A stretch of DNA of 57,070 nt, counting the filler, from Platydemus manokwari (taxonomy: Eukaryota), in assembly GCA_037951405.1 (NCBI GenBank). It is 5 parts of 5 records of this genome, joined end to end, with 100 filler letters (N's around TTAATTAATTAA, not from the genome) between each part and the next. Parts side by side here need not be neighbours in the genome. Positions count along the whole stretch, not along the records: positions 42,609 to 57,070 come from JBBMOY011456976.1; 4 more parts are not named here. The stretch is one strand, 5' to 3'. The notes beneath the pieces are model-generated. The model was not told the origin of the DNA, did not search any database, and worked only from the letters and a program-made list of their open reading frames with translations. A program made the translations under genes and the position numbers. Below, piece after piece: positions 42,509 through 57,070 of the stretch (within the stretch, counting starts at the first letter, position 1; every line of letters starts with the position of its first letter).

Positions 42509-42608
42509 NNNNNNNNNNNNNNNNNNNNNNNNNNNNNNNNNNNNNNNNNNNNTTAATTAATTAANNNNNNNNNNNNNNNNNNNNNNNNNNNNNNNNNNNN
42601 NNNNNNNN
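42509..42608. other. Assembly gap/spacer
   Basis: Same linker structure. Confidence 0.97.
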
Positions 42609-43815
42609 ATTAATTAACATTTATGAAGAAGTCGTCTGTAAATGTTATTCAAGCTTCAAGAAACGTTGCAATCTCTGTTTGGAGCTAGATGATTAACATT
42701 TTGAACAGTTGCTATAAAAATGCTTATTATTTACCGTTATTTGTTCTTGCAGTTATTATGTTTTGTTGTGCACTAAAGTAGCTTAATACATTTAGTTTGT
42801 TGTTACTGTTGTTTTATATTCGTTTTAGAGGCGGGTACTAATGAATCGCATAGTATATTCATCAGAGTAAAATTTAGTCGGTATGTCATTATACATCTGT
42901 CGGGTTATTACATAACAGACGGAGTTCTCTTATAAAATAATATATATTATCAAATATTACTGCAAACCCAACATGAATATCAAACTAATAATATCCGTTG
43001 AAATATTGCTAAAGTTACTGATAAATTACTTAATACATAATTTAAAAAAAAATTCTGGGATAAAATGTTTTCCAGTTTTTATGGTTTTCATTTAGCACAA
43101 TGATGTGATTGAATTCATTTTAGTGCTAAAAAGTAATATAAATAATTTAAAAATTAATATTAAACGCACAAAGCATTTCAAACTTGTTCAGAGAAAATTG
43201 AAATATGATAAGATTTTAAAGTAATTTTATTTTAAGTACAGTCTCTTTCTTCATCAGTTTTAATTTTAAAGCATCTTCGCATTCAATGGTAGTTTCCCTT
43301 AATAGATTCTTAAATAAAAGGCAAATAAAGTTCATGGTAATTAAGGTGAATTAAATTAAATATTAAAATGTGTAATTAACCTGTTTCTTTAACACAATAA
43401 AAAATAACAACTATCAAATATGAAGAACTTTTTTGAAAAATAATTCAAAGTTAATCTAATGAAAAACAACTGCTTTCAATTTTGTCATTTCTATAATCAA
43501 ACTTTGAATATTTTGAAAAGATAAAATACAAATATATCATTTACAAAATAAAATAAATTAAAATATTATTTAATCCAAATAAATTAAATTAATAACTGCT
43601 AAAAAGGTTAACAAAAATATTTAGTGTTTATGACGACTGCAAATTATGTAATTGTGTTAAGTTAGAGTTTGTTTTATTATATTTGAGAAATAGTACAGAT
43701 AAATATTCATTTTAAAAACTTAATTTAACTCGCTACACATATTATTTCGATAATATATCCCAATATAATTCATTATATAACTTTGGAATTAAATTATTTG
43801 CTGATAATCTGACTA

Positions 43816-53340
<9,525 letters not shown>

Positions 53341-54769
53341 ATATGATAAATTGGTTTGTAAATAATAATATACCTTGGCAATGTTTGACAAAAGAGATAG
53401 TCGTTGATTAATTTGGTCATTTCATTTCTTTTTCATATTTGCGATTGTTAGGTTTGAAAATTGATTTTTTGCCGCTCTCTCTCCAATGAATGCGCTATAC
53501 GATTTCACCAAGTTCTCTTTGCATTTAGAATTTTTCATTTCGTATTTATGGTTCTGAGACATACAACATTGGCATATGCAACATTCTTAAATAGTTCGTA
53601 GTCATCATTTGTTATTTTGATTATTTAGGTTTATTTAAACAGTGATTTATGTTATATTACCCACGTTTTGTCGTCATATTGATATTTTGGCTATGCGATT
53701 CAAAACATGAAAATCAGAATGTTAGATTTTATTGACGTGGTGTTTTGTGTATATAGATAATAAATTTTACAATTGTAGACTACTTTATTGACATTTTACA
53801 CCAGATAGTGTGTTTTGATAATTTTCATTAAAAGCTTATTCCACTGATGTGTATTACTGATATAATTTTAAATCATCGTTTAAAACAGCGTTTGTGTGTA
53901 TATTGATTTCCAATCGATTGAGTAATATTTGAACTTTTTCCAAGCTAATTTCATCATCGTAAAAATGAAAACTTTAAAGAAAAATACTGAAATTATTAAT
54001 GTATAGATTTGTTCTGGTATTGTTTTTAAGTAGTTAATATTATATAGGTTATGTTTTTGTGACATAGTTTATAATGATCATGTGAGTTTGAATAATTTTA
54101 CATCCTTAAGATTTTTTTATGAATGGAAGAAATAGGGTTAGGGAATAGTTAATTATTATAATGGAAATTGATTATAATATAATTATAATATCAGTCAATT
54201 ATGTAGGACTAAGAAATAACATCGTAGTTTGAAATATGGTAAAAAGGAAGTATCGGTACTTTGTTAATAGCTTCTTTAAGATGAGAGTACAAATTATATA
54301 ACTGTAAATTAACCTGTGTCAATGAAAACAAAATACTGAATTTAAGTCAATATAAAGTTTAGGGTTCTGTAACAGTTACGTGATGAATAATTTGATAAAC
54401 AGATACATTGTGAAACGATTTCGGAATGTTGATTTTCACGAAATAAAAATATTTAGAATTTTCATCGATCAATATCCTAGGAATTCTTAAATATTCAGAT
54501 TGATGGATAACCAAATTTAATAATGCAATTTACTACTTATTGAATTCATCATCAAAATTATTATAAAATTTAGAGATTATCTAGATAAGAATTCTTACCG
54601 ATGAAAATTTTCGGTATCAAAATGAGACTTATTCTCATAGTTTGATGGCAGTTAAAGATTAAATTTACCTTTTAAAAGTCATATATTTTATCGATGATTT
54701 AGGATTAATACGGAAGACAGTTAATTTTCGTCATTATGAGTATTTATTTAACCTCAAAATTTCATAAAA

Positions 54770-55050
54770 AACTCAAACACAATATAGTCGGCTAATATTA
54801 AGGAAAATTAACACCAGGAAATTAAATCAGCATCAAACCACTAACATAGCATGCAGATTGACACTAGCAATTTAATAACAGAAACTGAAATTAAATGTTT
54901 TCAATCAAAAAACTCATTGAATATGATCGAAAGATTCATTGAAATGTTTCGTTTGAGAGCAATTTCAACAAATGAATCAAGACTGGTTTCGATCAATAAA
55001 ATGTTCTGTGTTAATCGATTTCGATTACTTAATTTTCAACATGAGTGAAT
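54770..55050 (+). mobile_element. Possible piggyBac-like transposase remnant
   Basis: TETEIKCF and MFCVNRFRLL resemble the EI.AF and MSRNRF..L blocks of piggyBac transposase N-termini. Internally deleted or degenerate. Confidence 0.3.
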
Positions 55051-55850
55051 CTAGAAGATTGCTTAATACAGTAATGAATTTGCCATTATTATTTTACTAA
55101 ACTTAATCCTATTTGATATCACTACAGTCTTAATCGGTTTCTATGAGCTCTTGATTAAGGCCACAGGCGTAATTTACCTTACATTGATGTTCCTTTACCT
55201 TGCACAGCCTTATTGTGTGATGACAATAAGTGTGGCGGTAGTTATATATTTTACTTATCCTAGCTATCAGTCTCAAACCACAAATCCTATTTAAAACTGT
55301 TAACTATGTTAATTAACGCAATTACAAATAATGACTTATGATTCTTATATGAATGAGAACTAAAATTTGTTGTTACAAATGATTATTAATTATGACACCA
55401 ATACACAAAAACCTGTTTAAACAATAATAAAATTACAAATGAGTTTAGAACTAAAATATGCATCAAATTACACTAATAAGAAAACCCTATAATTTCCAGA
55501 ATTAAGATGGTTAACAAACTCCCCCTGTCGGAGCAGAACTGGTCATCATCAAGATTTTCGAGCAACAAACTCTATACTAGGAAATACAAGATAGAGTATA
55601 TAGTATAGATCAGTATTTTACAGGTACGATCTTACTTTGGGTCTTCCAGCAAATGCCAGGCATATACAGGAAAATTGGTCTTCTGCACCAGATGATCTTC
55701 TTGAGTGCATCGAATTTAAACGATAGGTCTTCTCCAATTGATGTAACGTCAGACAGCGATATAACGGCAATAACTGAATTTGGGGTGAAAAATTAACAGC
55801 GAAAATTATGTTCGTGTTGATTGAAATCACTGCCTTATATAGGCAGCGTG

Positions 55851-56000
55851 AATCACTCGCAGATATTTTTTGCGATTAAATTTAATACCAGTGAATTTAT
55901 TATTTTATAGATAGAATTTATTCACTTGTGAGAGAAATTCTCTCTGAATAAATTCATTAGACAGAGAAAATATCTCTCGATTAAATTTAATCGAGTGATT
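55851..56000. repeat. Fold-back module of nested palindromes
   Basis: Outer arms AATCACTCG/CGAGTGATT; hairpin GAATTTATTCA..GAGAGAAATTCTCTC.TGAATAAATTC (55914-55955); perfect 20-bp palindrome CTCGATTAAATTTAATCGAG (55976-55995). Confidence 0.8.
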
Positions 56001-57070
56001 ATTTTATTCTGTGACATGATTTTCATGCGCGAAAACGGATGATAATTAATTTTTCACTGTTAGTGCGCGATATCCTATTACGCATTAATCTTTTATAAAT
56101 TAATTTATTATTTTAGGGAGTTTCGATGGATTTGATTTTGGTAATTTTATTGGTATTATATATTATATATATAATTGTTATAAATATCAATATTTCAGAG
56201 TAGTTGTTGCTCGAAAATTCCAAACATTGCCAAAATATAAAAATACACACTGATTAAATAAAAACTGATACAATAAATATTAATACATATTTCATAAGTA
56301 TTGCCATGCAAATATTTTTGTCCAATGTAAACCAATTGTTATGGATTAAATGTTGAGCCAAAACCCCAACAATTATATATGTTATATATTTATATGTTAT
56401 TTTTAATGATTTTTTAATGTTGGTATTCTTTCTATCATCCGTTTGATTAAGATTATGTTATTGTAAGCTTTTCTTTTTTTCACTGGCTCTCAGGGGACTT
56501 CAACAGTGGATATTGGAGACCACACAACTGCAATTATTAGACTGAAAAATCTAAATCAATACAATGAATGGTAAAAACTATACGTTGACAATTATAATTT
56601 GATAATGATTTTGGAATTGCTAAAACGGAAAATAAGACTAAATATAATTCAAGATATCTTTCCTAAACTATTATTTCAGCTATCAATTTATGTAAAATGT
56701 ACCACAATCGTGCTGTATTAAGATTAGAACTACTTATATAAAAAAATAAAACAATAAGGTTGAAATATAACACAAAAAAGAATTCAATGCCCTGCGCGTT
56801 ACGAAAATGAGTTCTTGTCTGTGAATAGGGCTGGAGAGAACGGTTTATTAATGCAGTGAAGTTATTAATATTAACAAATTTATTTAGATTTCATATATTA
56901 ATTAATGAGAGTTAATGCGTGATATCTTATTGCGTGTTAATATTTTGTTGGGTTTCCCGGAAAATGACATTTTTTATAAACAATTTTTGCATGATTTAAT
57001 TCAAAGTATATTAGTAGCAAACTTTTTATCATTTTTTACACAATTTTACTTTATTATTAATATTATTATT

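Noticed and set aside
5300-43260. Hammerhead ribozyme cores (CTGATGA hits near 5305, 15098, 32685, 40514 and reverse-strand hits)
   Set aside because: None that I inspected has a stem II followed by GAAA and matching stems I/III.
42388-43815. Apparent head-to-head bidirectional promoter between RPB8 and Smad2/3
   Set aside because: An artificial gap spacer (42509-42608) lies between them, so true distance and orientation are unknown.

Overview
This is very AT-rich eukaryotic (metazoan) genomic DNA with many 45-60 bp GT-AG introns. Composition and protein style suggest a triclad flatworm (planarian), but that is inference. Four identical 100-bp spacers (44 N + TTAATTAATTAA + 44 N) split the window into five contigs, so adjacency across them is unproven. 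Genes I could splice by hand: (1) a convergent inverted pair of 7-exon CRAL-TRIO/alpha-tocopherol-transfer-protein-like paralogues (1772-3158 +, 5417-6738 -), separated by a decayed Ty3/Gypsy pol; (2) the terminal exon of a Cys-rich multi-pass membrane protein (12619-13200 +); (3) a divergent eIF4G-family gene with MIF4G, MA3 and W2 domains (about 30029-34648 +, 5' end unresolved); (4) an intronless RNA polymerase subunit RPB8/POLR2H (41899-42387 -); (5) a complete 6-exon Smad2/3 (43816-53340 +, 510 aa). The rest is intergenic or intronic DNA with decayed transposons, dispersed repeats, microsatellites and hairpins. The best leads are a Smad2/3 lacking the PPxY degron and ending in NSVS, lid-helix-specific divergence and shared upstream blocks in the CRAL-TRIO pair, a decayed spliced antisense gene inside a Smad intron, and a palindrome-rich fold-back module beside a TATA box near 55.9 kb. 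I found no evidence for a wholly new multi-gene system.
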